Source: an uncultured bacterium (lineage in GTDB: Bacteria > Caldisericota > Caldisericia > B22-G15). From it: 38,135 bases of DNA. This document shows, piece after piece, positions 28,747 to 38,066 of the stretch. A program made the translations under genes and the position numbers. The notes under the pieces were generated by a model, which did not search any database, was not told where the DNA came from, and saw only the letters and a list, made by a program, of their open reading frames with translations. Position 1 is the first letter of the stretch. Every line of letters starts with the position of its first letter. The DNA lies in assembly GCA_965612865.1 (NCBI GenBank), contig CBFDTJ010000007.1, positions 1 through 38,135 of the forward strand, given 5' to 3'.

Positions 28747-30201
28747 ATGGAAGAGAGAGAAATCAGATTAAAAAAACTTGAAGAATTAAGAAATCTGGGT
28801 GAAGACCCATATAAGACAAAATTTGAAAGAACTCATTCTCTAAAGGAGATAAAGGATAATTATTCTTCTCTTGAAGGAAAAACTGTAAGAGCCGCAGGTA
28901 GAGTAATATCCAAGAGACTGCATGGGAAAGCAAGTTTCTCCACCATAAGAGATTTCTCAGGTACGCTTCAAATATACATAAAGTTTGATAATGTAGGAGA
29001 GGAAAGCTACAAATTCTTTAAAAAGTTCGTTGATCCTGGGGATTTCATTGGAGTGGAAGGAGAGGTATTTAAAACCCATACAGGTGAAATAACAATAAAT
29101 GTAAAGAAACTTATTCTACTATCAAAATCTATTAGACCTTTACCTGAAAAGTATCATGGAATAAAAGATGTGGAGGTAAGGTATAGAAAGAGATACCTTG
29201 ATCTCATAGCAAATCCTGAAGTCAAAGAGATATTTATAACAAGAAGCAGGCTTATTAAAACTATGAGAGAGATTCTTGAGTCTTTCAATTTCATTGAGGT
29301 TGAAACTCCGATGCTTCAGCAAATCCCTGGAGGAGCAACTGCAAAACCATTTGCAACATACCACAATGCCCTTGACATGAACCTGTATTTAAGGATTGCA
29401 CCAGAGCTTTACTTAAAAAGGCTCATAGTTGGAGGCTTTGAAAGGATATTTGAGATAAACAGAAACTTCAGAAACGAGGGAATATCAACTGTTCACAATC
29501 CAGAGTTCACAATGCTTGAGCTATACTGGGCTTATGCAGACTACAAAGATATGATGGACCTCACAGAGAAGGTAATATCAGAGACTGTAAAGAGAATAAA
29601 GGGAGATTATGTATGTGAATTTAAAGGAGAAAAGATAGACTTCTCTCCTCCATGGAAGAGACTCACCTACAGAGAACTGTTTGAAAAAGCAACAGGAGAA
29701 AATATAGAGAAATTTAAAGACATTGACTTTGCACTTTCATATCTCAAGAAGGAAGGAATAGAGTTAACGAGAAAACCAAACTTTAAAAACATCGTTGACG
29801 AGATATTTAAAGAAAGGGTTGAAAGTAATCTCATCCAGCCCACAATAATATATGACTTTCCCGTTGAAATGTCTCCTCTTGCAAAGAGAAAAAAGGATGA
29901 CCCGGATTGGGTTGAGAGATTTGAGGTCTTTGTGGGAGGTATGGAGATAGCAAATGCCTTCTCAGAATTAAACGATCCCGTTGATCAAAAGGAGAGATTC
30001 CTTGCACAGGCTAAGGAAAAGGCAAAGGGAGATGAAGAGGCGCACTTCTTTGATGCAGATTATATAGAGGCACTTGAACATGGTATGCCTCCCACTGCAG
30101 GGCTTGGAATAGGAATCGACAGACTCGTTATGATAGTAACTGGAAAAGACTCCATAAGGGAAGTTATTCTATTTCCACAACTTAGGAAAAGGGAGGAATA
30201 A
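28747..30201 (+). CDS. lysS: Lysine--tRNA ligase (class II)
   Basis: RYRKRYLDLI, YLRIAPELYLKRL, FRNEG..HNPEFTMLE, GMPPTAGLGIGIDRL. Confidence 0.97.
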   Translation: MEEREIRLKKLEELRNLGEDPYKTKFERTHSLKEIKDNYSSLEGKTVRAAGRVISKRLHGKASFSTIRDFSGTLQIYIKFDNVGEESYKFFKKFVDPGDFIGVEGEVFKTHTGEITINVKKLILLSKSIRPLPEKYHGIKDVEVRYRKRYLDLIANPEVKEIFITRSRLIKTMREILESFNFIEVETPMLQQIPGGATAKPFATYHNALDMNLYLRIAPELYLKRLIVGGFERIFEINRNFRNEGISTVHNPEFTMLELYWAYADYKDMMDLTEKVISETVKRIKGDYVCEFKGEKIDFSPPWKRLTYRELFEKATGENIEKFKDIDFALSYLKKEGIELTRKPNFKNIVDEIFKERVESNLIQPTIIYDFPVEMSPLAKRKKDDPDWVERFEVFVGGMEIANAFSELNDPVDQKERFLAQAKEKAKGDEEAHFFDADYIEALEHGMPPTAGLGIGIDRLVMIVTGKDSIREVILFPQLRKREE

Positions 30202-31184
30202 TGAAAAGAGTAGTATCTGGAATGAGACCAACTGGAAAACTTCACCTTGGGAACTATCTTGGAGCCCTAAAAAATTGGGTCAGCATTCAAGAAAAATACG
30301 ACTGCTACTTCTTCATTGCTGACTACCACTCCTTAACAACAAAGTGCGAACACACAGAGGAGATTAAATCAAATCTTGAAGAGGTGGTTATGGATTGGTT
30401 ATCTGCTGGACTTGATCCGGAAAAATCTGTTTTGTATGTTCAATCTGGTCTGCCTGAAATTCCCACACTCCACCTTCTCTTTTCAATGATAGTTCCAATG
30501 CCATGGCTTGAGAGAAATCCAACAGTAAAGGAGATGGTTAGAGATCTCAATTTAAAGGAGAATGTAGGGTATGGGCTTCTCGGCTATCCTGTTCTTCAGG
30601 CTGCGGACATACTGATAGTAAAAGGTGAGCTTGTACCTGTAGGCAAAGATCAGCTACCTCACCTTGAATTAACACGAGAGATAGCAAGAAGATTTAACTA
30701 TCTATACGGAGATTTGTTCCCTGAACCACAACCACTTTTAACAGAAACACCCATGATAAAAGGAATCGACGGAAGAAAGATGAGTAAGTCCCTTGGAAAC
30801 CAGATAAATTTAAGTGATAAAAAAGAAGAGATAGAATCAAAGATAATAAAGATGGTTACAGACCCGGAAAAAATAAGAAAAGGAGATCCCGGACATCCTG
30901 ATATATGTTCTGTCTTCTCATACTATAAAATTCTATTTCCAGAAACTACCCATACCATTAGAAAAGAGTGTGAATCAGGAAAGAGGGGTTGTGTTCAGTG
31001 TAAAAAAGAGCTTGCAGATAGAATATACAAAAAACTTGAACCCTTAAGAGATAGAAGGGTAAAGTTTGAGAACAACAAGAAACTTTTGTGGGATATAATA
31101 AACTCTGGAACAGAGAAGGCAAGAAAGGTAGCAAAGGAAACAATTGAGAAAGCGAAAAAACTTATAGGGATAAATTACATATGA
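30201..31184 (+). CDS. trpS: Tryptophan--tRNA ligase
   Basis: SGMRPTGKLHLGNY, YPVLQAADIL, VPVGKDQ, KMSKS. Confidence 0.96.
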   Translation: MKRVVSGMRPTGKLHLGNYLGALKNWVSIQEKYDCYFFIADYHSLTTKCEHTEEIKSNLEEVVMDWLSAGLDPEKSVLYVQSGLPEIPTLHLLFSMIVPMPWLERNPTVKEMVRDLNLKENVGYGLLGYPVLQAADILIVKGELVPVGKDQLPHLELTREIARRFNYLYGDLFPEPQPLLTETPMIKGIDGRKMSKSLGNQINLSDKKEEIESKIIKMVTDPEKIRKGDPGHPDICSVFSYYKILFPETTHTIRKECESGKRGCVQCKKELADRIYKKLEPLRDRRVKFENNKKLLWDIINSGTEKARKVAKETIEKAKKLIGINYI

Positions 31185-31417
31185 AATTAAAAAAATTGGT
31201 TACAGTGGATTCATTATTTACAGCAGAATTAATAGAGAAATTCCTTGAGGAACAGGGAATACCGGTAGTAATAAAAAGGTCAGACATGTTTGATAATCCC
31301 TATCTTGGAAGCACTGGTCCAAGAGAACTATATGTTAATGAACTTGACTTTGAAACTGCAAAGAAACTCCTCGAAGAATCAAAGATAGTAGAGGATAGAG
31401 ATAACCTTGAAGAGTAG
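31181..31417 (+). CDS. DUF2007 (putative signal-transducing, PII-like) small protein
   Basis: AELIEKFLEEQGIPV..ELYV..DFETAKKLL pattern; overlaps the trpS stop. Confidence 0.7.
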   Translation: MKLKKLVTVDSLFTAELIEKFLEEQGIPVVIKRSDMFDNPYLGSTGPRELYVNELDFETAKKLLEESKIVEDRDNLEE

Positions 31418-31435
31418 CTGGGGGTTTGATAAAAT
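31407..31435 (+). promoter_or_regulatory. Promoter for 6S RNA
   Basis: TTGAAG (31407-31412), 17 nt, TAAAAT (31430-31435) with TG extension. Confidence 0.6.
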
Positions 31436-31442
31436 TAAGTTG

Positions 31443-31602
31443 ACCCTGGGAAGGGTTGTGTCGATCTGGATGGGTTGGGCCAACACCGAGATAAAAGGGA
31501 TTCTTAATCTATAACTGTTTCCGGGATGGAAGGTTATAGAGGCGAATCCCACCTGCTATGGAGCAGGTTCAAGCTCATCTAATCGCACCCCCTCCCGGGG
31601 TT
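31443..31602 (+). ncRNA. ssrS: 6S RNA
   Basis: GC-rich intergenic rod. 5' ACCCTGGGAAGGGTTGTG..GATGGGTTG pairs with 3' CAAGCTCATCT..CGCACCCCCTCCCGGGGT. It has an unpaired central bubble, a terminal stem GGGATTC..TCTATAAC/GTTATAGA..GAATCCC, and a small hairpin ACCTGCT-ATGG-AGCAGGT in the 3' bubble strand. Confidence 0.8.
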
Positions 31603-31618
31603 TGAGAGGAAAAAAGGA

Positions 31619-32044
31619 ATGAAAGAGGTTGGAAAAGTTCTAAAAACTGAAGGTGCTCTTTCTATTGTAGAGGTTGGAGGGAAATATTGTGAGACCTGCT
31701 CTTTAAAAGGTCATTGTCTTCTATCATCACAGAGAGAGAGAAAGATTGAGGCAAAAAACCTCATAAATGCGAAGGAGGGAGATCTTGTTATAGTAAATGT
31801 GCCATCAAAAAAATACCTATCAGTCACCTTTATCATATACATACTCCCAATAATTTTTATGCTCGCAGGGGCATATGCTGGAATTAAACTTGGACCAATG
31901 CTGGGTATTAAAGACCCAAATCTATCACCAATAATTTTTGGATTCTCCCTTCTATTTCTTTCCTTTGTCCTCGTAAGATTTTTATCCAACATTATAAACT
32001 TCAAGCCAGAAATAGAAAAGATTGTTGAGGAATATAGTAGCTAA
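31619..32044 (+). CDS. RseC/MucC family protein
   Basis: CETCSLKGHC, AKEGDLV, IIYILP, two TM helices. Confidence 0.85.
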   Translation: MKEVGKVLKTEGALSIVEVGGKYCETCSLKGHCLLSSQRERKIEAKNLINAKEGDLVIVNVPSKKYLSVTFIIYILPIIFMLAGAYAGIKLGPMLGIKDPNLSPIIFGFSLLFLSFVLVRFLSNIINFKPEIEKIVEEYSS

Positions 32045-32077
32045 AGATATATATGAAGTTTGCTTTCAGGAGGAGAG

Positions 32078-32902
32078 ATGGGAATTGAAGGTAACATTAA
32101 AGATTTTCCTCTTACAGAGGTTTTAAATCTTTTAACTTTTAGCAATAAGAGTGGAATACTAAAGATTTATGGAGTATCGAGGGGGGAAAATTTCAACGGT
32201 GAAGTATACATCGTTAAAGGGAAAATAGTTGATGCAAAATTTAACTCTAAAAAGGGTGAGGAAGCATTATTCTCCATCCTCTCCCTTGAGGACGGAAACT
32301 TCAATTTTGAAGCAAAGGAACTTGACATAGAGGAAAATATAAAAATTTCCATGGAATCACTTCTTCTTGAAGCCATAAGAAGAAGTGATGAGACAAAGGA
32401 ACTGTACAAAAAGATTCCGCCCACATCAACACTTCTTGAAACTAACCCACGTCCACCAACAAAGGAATTTAAACTCTCATCTGATGAATGGATTGTGCTA
32501 AATCTCTTCAGGGATAAGAGACCAATAAGCAAGGCTATAAAAGAATCGCCCCTCTCAGAATTCAAAACAGTTAAGGCAATCTATGCACTTCTATCTCTTG
32601 GATTGCTTACAAAAACTGAAAGAGAAGAACTTGATATATCTACAATCATTCCGAGAAGAACTCCCCAACCTGTTAGGGATGCCTTATCCATACTTGGTTT
32701 TGGTGGAGGAAGAGATAAATGTAGTAGATTCTATGGTAAAGTTGACGGAGAAAAGAATCTCAAAGAGATAGCAGAAGAACTCGGAATGGAGGAGAAGGAA
32801 GCCCTTGAATGCTTTATAAAACTTTTAAAGGAAACGAGAATTATTTCAAATCTCTCTATCGATAAATTAAAATTTATCGAAAAAAAATTAAAGGAGGATT
32901 AA
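32078..32902 (+). CDS. DUF4388 (PatA N-terminal-like) domain protein with C-terminal winged-helix-like segments
   Basis: GNIKDFPLTEVLNLL..KSGILKI..GEVYIVKGKIVDA..GEEALFSIL..GNFNF..LLLEAIRRSDE; AGGAGG RBS before ATG 32078. Confidence 0.85.
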   Translation: MGIEGNIKDFPLTEVLNLLTFSNKSGILKIYGVSRGENFNGEVYIVKGKIVDAKFNSKKGEEALFSILSLEDGNFNFEAKELDIEENIKISMESLLLEAIRRSDETKELYKKIPPTSTLLETNPRPPTKEFKLSSDEWIVLNLFRDKRPISKAIKESPLSEFKTVKAIYALLSLGLLTKTEREELDISTIIPRRTPQPVRDALSILGFGGGRDKCSRFYGKVDGEKNLKEIAEELGMEEKEALECFIKLLKETRIISNLSIDKLKFIEKKLKED

Positions 32903-33583
32903 ATGAGACCATTTGCAGATCTTTGGCAACCTGCATTAATCGGATTGATCTTCGAATTTTTTGCATTGCTTGCCTTAAGATTTAGAAGAAGGGTATCACT
33001 CACTTTTTTCTATATTTATACAGGTGGAATAATGGCATTACTTCAGCTTGCAACACAAAGCGGAAGCGCTGTGCTTCTCGGGAGATTATACTTTAGATAC
33101 ACCCCCATCTATCTATTCTCTTTGCTCTTACTTACAATTCTTATAATGTATGAACTGTTTGACCTTGATACAGCAAGAAATTATTCTCTATCCTTAATTA
33201 TAGGAAGAATCTTAATCTTTATCCTCTTTTTTGTGGTAATAATATTTTCCTTTATATTCCAGAATGCAGAAAACCCAATAAATTTAACCTTAGGGATTCT
33301 TGGTAAACCAATACCCCTGATTGCATCCCTTCTTGGCTTCATCATTGCTATATTCCTATCTGTGCTCGTCTATGCCTTCTTAAGGTCAAAGAGAGTCCAC
33401 TTCTTTATAAGTGGCGTACTGGCAATATGGGTAAGTGGAGTAGTCTATTTAGGAATATTTTTATTCCCGGCATATCTTAAATTTCCAAAGATATTTGTAA
33501 ATGATTTCTATCAGATGACTGCATCAGCCGTAGTGCTCCCTTTGTTTAATTTGATTCTCTGGAAGTGGGTGAAGGGCAAATAA
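32903..33583 (+). CDS. Polytopic membrane protein, possibly a divergent VUT/YhhQ-like family member
   Basis: AGGAGG RBS; about 6-7 TM segments; ELFDLDTAR and IASLLGFII..VLVYAFLR resemble Vut_1 motifs. Family call is weak. Confidence 0.55.
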   Translation: MRPFADLWQPALIGLIFEFFALLALRFRRRVSLTFFYIYTGGIMALLQLATQSGSAVLLGRLYFRYTPIYLFSLLLLTILIMYELFDLDTARNYSLSLIIGRILIFILFFVVIIFSFIFQNAENPINLTLGILGKPIPLIASLLGFIIAIFLSVLVYAFLRSKRVHFFISGVLAIWVSGVVYLGIFLFPAYLKFPKIFVNDFYQMTASAVVLPLFNLILWKWVKGK

Positions 33584-35805
33584 AGGATTTTCTTCCACTA
33601 CTTCAAATATTAAAATCTTCTAAGTCTTATAAAAAGAACATAACCAGTGTTGTTACTTATCCATTTGCCAATGGAAAGTGGATTGATATTTCCTTTCTTC
33701 CAGAGAATCTCAGAGAGAAGCTTTTAAGCATTGGCATTGAAAGATTATATCCATATCAGAAAAGAGTCTATCAGGCTATAAAGGAGAGAAAAAATGTTGC
33801 CATAGTCTCGCCAACTGCATCTGGTAAGACTCTCTCCTTCCATCTTCCCATAATTGAGTTTTTAGAGAAGGGAGAAAAAGCCATATATGTCTATCCCACA
33901 AAGGCTCTCACAAGGGATCAGGAAAGACAGCTGAAAAGGTATTCAGAAAATGTAAAATTTGGAATCTATGATGGTGACACACCTGTACCAAAAAGAAGGA
34001 TTCTAAGAAGAACTTCTCAGGTAATTCTTACAAATCCCGAGATGATACACTATTCTATTCTTCCCTATCATACGTCATGGAATTTATTCTTATCCCGCAC
34101 CTCATTTGTAGTTTTCGACGAAGCCCACCTTTACAGTGGAATCTTTGGTTCAAATGTTTCATCCTTAATAAGAAGGATGAAAAGGGTCTTCTCTTTTTAT
34201 GGTAGAAAGGTAAATTTCATTTTTTCATCTGCAACTGTTTCAAATCCCGATGAATTTTTTCATAAATTGCTGAGAGAGAATGTGGAAATTATTACTGCCA
34301 ATGAATCTGAGAAACAGAAAAAAACCTACATCTTTATTAAGCCTGTGGAAGAGAGGTCTACATACACAGAAACACTCTGGATACTTGAAGAGATAGTAAA
34401 AAATGGATTCAGGGGAATATGCTTTATGAGATCAAGAAAAGGTGTTGAATTGATGTATAGATACCTTTTAAATAGACTGCCGGAAGAATACAGAAACAAA
34501 ATAGCACCTTATAGAGCCGGGTATTCAAAGGAAACAAGGAGAGAGATAGAAAGAAAACTCTCCACAGGAGAAATTCTTCTTGTTGTATCCACAAATGCCT
34601 TGGAGCTTGGAATAGACATAGGAGACCTTGATGTGGCAGTTATATCTGGTTATCCGGGAACTATCTCTTCTTTTCTTCAGGAGAGTGGAAGAGCTGGAAG
34701 AAGAAAACCTGGCTATACAATACTTGTTGCAGAAAAGGACCCCTTAAATGAATACATAATTAAACACCCGGAGGATGTGCTTGAAAAACCTGTGGAAAGA
34801 CTTGTTATAGACGATGAAAACGAAATAATCCTAAAGAAACATATACTTTGTGCATCCTTTGAAATTCCAATAACAGAAAGAGATAGAAATGTATTTGGAC
34901 CAAGATTAAATGAAGTTGTGAATAAATTGAAAGAGGATAAAAGATTGAAAGAGATAAGGGGAAAATTCATACCTATAGAATCTATGCCCCACAGATTTGT
35001 ATCACTAAGGAATTTTGATGAAGACGAGTTTAGTTTGATTACAGAGGATGGGAATCTTTTAGAAATTCTCGATTCCTGGAGAGCATTCTCAGAAGCTCAT
35101 CCAGGTGCAGTCTATTATCATGAAGGTGAATCGTTTATTGTAACCAACATTGATTTAAACACAAGAGAGATAACATTAAAACCTATGGAAGTTCCCTACT
35201 ACACGCAATCTCTTGAAATAAGCAGTGTAAATATAAAAAATGTTTACGAAGAAAAAACAGAACACGGCATAAAAATTTTCTTTGGAGAGGTAGAGGTCAC
35301 ATCAAGAATAATTGGTTATCAGAAAAGGCAACACTTTACAAATAATCTTTTAGGAGAAGTGCCGCTCGGTCTTCCTGAAAGAGTGTTTGAAACTCAGAGT
35401 CTCTGGTTTCTTATCCCTGAGAAGATAAAGGAAGAAAATAAAAGGAGGGGGGGTGATTTTCATGGGGGCATTCATGCACTTGAACATTTATTAATAGGAG
35501 TTTTTCCTCTTATAGCTATATCAGATAGAAAGGATATAGGAGGTCTTTCACATCCTGTTCATCCAGATACAATGAAACCAACAATATTTATATACGATGG
35601 TTATCCCGGTGGAATAGGTTTTTCAAAAAAGGGATATGAAAACTTCTCCTCTTTAATTAAGTATGGATACGAGGTTGTTTCTAAATGTCCATGTAAAAAT
35701 GGATGTCCATCCTGCATATATTCTCCAAAGTGTGGTAATAGAAACAAGCCTCTTGACAAGAAATCTGCAATTTTGATTTTAGAATTGATACTCTCTATGT
35801 TATAA
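33565..35805 (+). CDS. DEAH-box helicase with C-terminal DUF1998 (MrfA/YprA/Hrq1-like)
   Basis: PTASGKTL, YPTKALTRDQ, DEAH, SAT, TNALELGIDIG, GRAGR, YDGYPGGIG, CPCKNGCPSC. Confidence 0.92.
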   Translation: MGEGQIKDFLPLLQILKSSKSYKKNITSVVTYPFANGKWIDISFLPENLREKLLSIGIERLYPYQKRVYQAIKERKNVAIVSPTASGKTLSFHLPIIEFLEKGEKAIYVYPTKALTRDQERQLKRYSENVKFGIYDGDTPVPKRRILRRTSQVILTNPEMIHYSILPYHTSWNLFLSRTSFVVFDEAHLYSGIFGSNVSSLIRRMKRVFSFYGRKVNFIFSSATVSNPDEFFHKLLRENVEIITANESEKQKKTYIFIKPVEERSTYTETLWILEEIVKNGFRGICFMRSRKGVELMYRYLLNRLPEEYRNKIAPYRAGYSKETRREIERKLSTGEILLVVSTNALELGIDIGDLDVAVISGYPGTISSFLQESGRAGRRKPGYTILVAEKDPLNEYIIKHPEDVLEKPVERLVIDDENEIILKKHILCASFEIPITERDRNVFGPRLNEVVNKLKEDKRLKEIRGKFIPIESMPHRFVSLRNFDEDEFSLITEDGNLLEILDSWRAFSEAHPGAVYYHEGESFIVTNIDLNTREITLKPMEVPYYTQSLEISSVNIKNVYEEKTEHGIKIFFGEVEVTSRIIGYQKRQHFTNNLLGEVPLGLPERVFETQSLWFLIPEKIKEENKRRGGDFHGGIHALEHLLIGVFPLIAISDRKDIGGLSHPVHPDTMKPTIFIYDGYPGGIGFSKKGYENFSSLIKYGYEVVSKCPCKNGCPSCIYSPKCGNRNKPLDKKSAILILELILSML

Positions 35806-35846
35806 TCCTTTCTGGTGCCTCTAAATCAAACAGGAAGGAGGTTTAC

Positions 35847-37253
35847 TTGAGGAAAAGGAACAAGGTATCTCTCGACGAAATACTCAACGGCTCTCTACTT
35901 TCTGTAATGTTTAAACTTGGCGGACCAGTCATGATTGCCGGTATATTCGAGACTGTATATCACCTTGCAGACACCTTCTGGCTTGGTCATCTACCACAAG
36001 GGGAAAGCGGTAATGCTGTCGCTGGACTTCAACTTGCATTCCCTATAATCTGGTTTCTCATCTCATTTGCCTCAGGCTTTGCCATGGCAGGAATTGCTCT
36101 TGTTTCCCAGTACACAGGTGCACAGAAAGAGGATAAGGCAAGTTTCTCAGCATCTCAGGTTCTTTCAATCGGTTTTATATCAGGTTTAATTCTTGGTGCT
36201 ATTGGAAGCATTCTTGTTCCAATATTCATGCCAATAATAACTCCAGTTCATGAACTATCAGATGTGGCAATAACATACCTGAGGGTCATTTTTATGGGAT
36301 TCCCTTTTATGTTTATTTCATTTATATTCAGAGCAATTCTTTCTGCTTATGGAGATACTGTAACTCCAATGTATGTAATTGGACTCTCCAATCTTCTCAA
36401 CATAATTTTAGACCCCATACTTATCTTTGGTATAGGTCCATTTCCAAAAATGGGAATAGTTGGAGCAGCAGTTGCCACAGTCTTCTCAAGATTTGTAGCC
36501 AGTTTGATATCTCTCTATATCCTTGTGGGCGGTAAAAAGGGTATAAAAGTAAAATTGAGTTATCTTAAGCCCCACATAGATTGGCTCAAGAAGATATTTA
36601 AAATCGGTCTCCCTGCATCCATAGGCAATTCCTTTGAGGCATTTGGATTTGTAGTGTTAATGGGAATAATTGGCAGACTTCCCAATGCAAAGGTTGCAGT
36701 GGCAGCGTATGGTATTGGAGATAGAATTTTTAGTTTATCATACATAGCAGAGGATGGACTTGGTCAGGGACTAACAACAATAATTGGTCAATCCCTTGGA
36801 GCAGATAGGGTTGATAGAGCAGACTATGCAGCAAAAAGAGGGATTCTTCTTATGTTTTTAGTTCTACTTGTTGAAAGTTTATTCATTGTTATTTTTAGGA
36901 AACAACTTATGTCTCTGTTTATACCTAACGAGCTCTCCATAATTGAAGAAGGGGCAAGATTTCTCCTCTTATTTGCGCCAGCCTTGGCTCTTTTCGGGAT
37001 AATAAGGGGAATATCTTCTGCCTTTCATGCATCAGGACACAATGTTCCTTCAATGATTATATCCATGGTGAGACTATGGGCTTTCAGAGTCCCTCTAAGT
37101 TATATCTTCGGATTTGTTATTGGAATGGGATCGTCAGGTGTGTGGATAGCAATGTCCTTAAGCAACCTATTTACAGCAATTTTTGCAGTGGTTCTCTTTG
37201 CAAGGGGTGGGTGGAAAAAGAAGGTTATAGAGGAAACTCCTCAGGGATTATAG
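35847..37253 (+). CDS. MATE family efflux transporter
   Basis: AGGAGG RBS with TTG start; GDTVTPM, NIILDPILIFG, MGIVGAAVAT, VAAYGIG; about 12 TM segments. Confidence 0.93.
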   Translation: MRKRNKVSLDEILNGSLLSVMFKLGGPVMIAGIFETVYHLADTFWLGHLPQGESGNAVAGLQLAFPIIWFLISFASGFAMAGIALVSQYTGAQKEDKASFSASQVLSIGFISGLILGAIGSILVPIFMPIITPVHELSDVAITYLRVIFMGFPFMFISFIFRAILSAYGDTVTPMYVIGLSNLLNIILDPILIFGIGPFPKMGIVGAAVATVFSRFVASLISLYILVGGKKGIKVKLSYLKPHIDWLKKIFKIGLPASIGNSFEAFGFVVLMGIIGRLPNAKVAVAAYGIGDRIFSLSYIAEDGLGQGLTTIIGQSLGADRVDRADYAAKRGILLMFLVLLVESLFIVIFRKQLMSLFIPNELSIIEEGARFLLLFAPALALFGIIRGISSAFHASGHNVPSMIISMVRLWAFRVPLSYIFGFVIGMGSSGVWIAMSLSNLFTAIFAVVLFARGGWKKKVIEETPQGL

Positions 37254-37256
37254 CGC

Positions 37257-37285
37257 TTGACATAAGTATTTCTATAAGATATACT
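37257..37285 (+). promoter_or_regulatory. Sigma70 promoter of tRNA-Ser
   Basis: TTGACA (37257-37262), 17 nt, TATACT (37280-37285). Confidence 0.8.
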
Positions 37286-37295
37286 CATTGATAGC

Positions 37296-37389
37296 GGAGA
37301 GATGGCTGAGTGGCCGAAGGCACCCGCCTGGAAAGCGGGTAGGCGGGCTAAACCCCGCCTCGCGGGTTCGAATCCCGCTCTCTCCGCCA
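37296..37389 (+). tRNA. tRNA-Ser (anticodon GGA)
   Basis: Acceptor GGAGAGA/TCTCTCC, discriminator G plus CCA, anticodon arm CCCGC-CTGGAAA-GCGGG, long variable arm, GGTTCGAATCC. Confidence 0.97.
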
Positions 37390-37464
37390 TATTTTAAAAC
37401 ACTCGTTCTCTCCCATCTCTCTTACAATTTCATAACTTATTTTCATTAATGGTAAAATGGACTT

Positions 37465-38066
37465 ATGAATAAAAAGGGTGTTGTTCTTCTCTCTGGAGGA
37501 CTTGACAGTATTCTTGCTTTGAGACTCATGATGGAGCAGGATGTTGAACTCATTTCTTTCATGCTTGTCTCTCCCTTTGGTGATTATGGAAAACCTGGAG
37601 AGGAATTAATATCAAAAAAGGTTTCAAGAGAATCTGGCATTCCAATAGAGATTGAACCTTTTGGCGAAGAATACCTTGAGATAATTAAAAAACCAAAATT
37701 TGGTTATGGGAAAAACATGAATCCCTGTATTGATTGTAGAATTTTTATGCTGAAGAAGGCAAAGAGATTTATGGAAAAGGTCCATGCATCATTTCTTATA
37801 ACAGGAGAGGTGGTCAATGAAAGACCAATGTCTCAAAGAAGAGAAGTTTTTAAATTGATAGAGAAAGAGACAGGACTTGAAGGTCTCATAGTAAGACCTC
37901 TCTCTGGAAAATTACTTCCACCAACAATTCCTGAAAAGGAAGGAATACTTGACAGAGAAAAATTCCTTTCAATTTCAGGAAGGGGAAGAAAGATTCAACT
38001 TGAACTTAAAGAAAAATATAACCTAAAAGATTACCTTTCCCCTGCTGGTGGATGCAGGCTTACAAT
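37465..38066 (+). CDS. PP-loop tRNA thiouridylase-like protein (ThiI/MnmA-like); 3'-truncated at the contig end
   Basis: Absent from the ORF track. Translated by hand from ATG 37465: MNKKGVVLLSGGLDS..GYGKNMNPCIDCR..ITGEVVNERPMSQ..PAGGCRLT; runs into adapter sequence. Confidence 0.8.

Noticed and set aside
31420..31618. T-box or riboswitch linked to trpS/lysS
   Set aside because: It lies downstream of trpS, I found no T-box consensus or terminator, and the rod-with-bubble fold fits 6S RNA better.
33565..35805. DUF1998 helicase as part of a DISARM/Druantia defence system
   Set aside because: It is a single full-length MrfA/Hrq1-type gene among housekeeping genes, with no methylase, nuclease or other defence partners.
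37296..37460. tRNA-Ser or tRNA-Ile as an integration site
   Set aside because: I saw no integrase, duplicated tRNA 3' end or phage genes.
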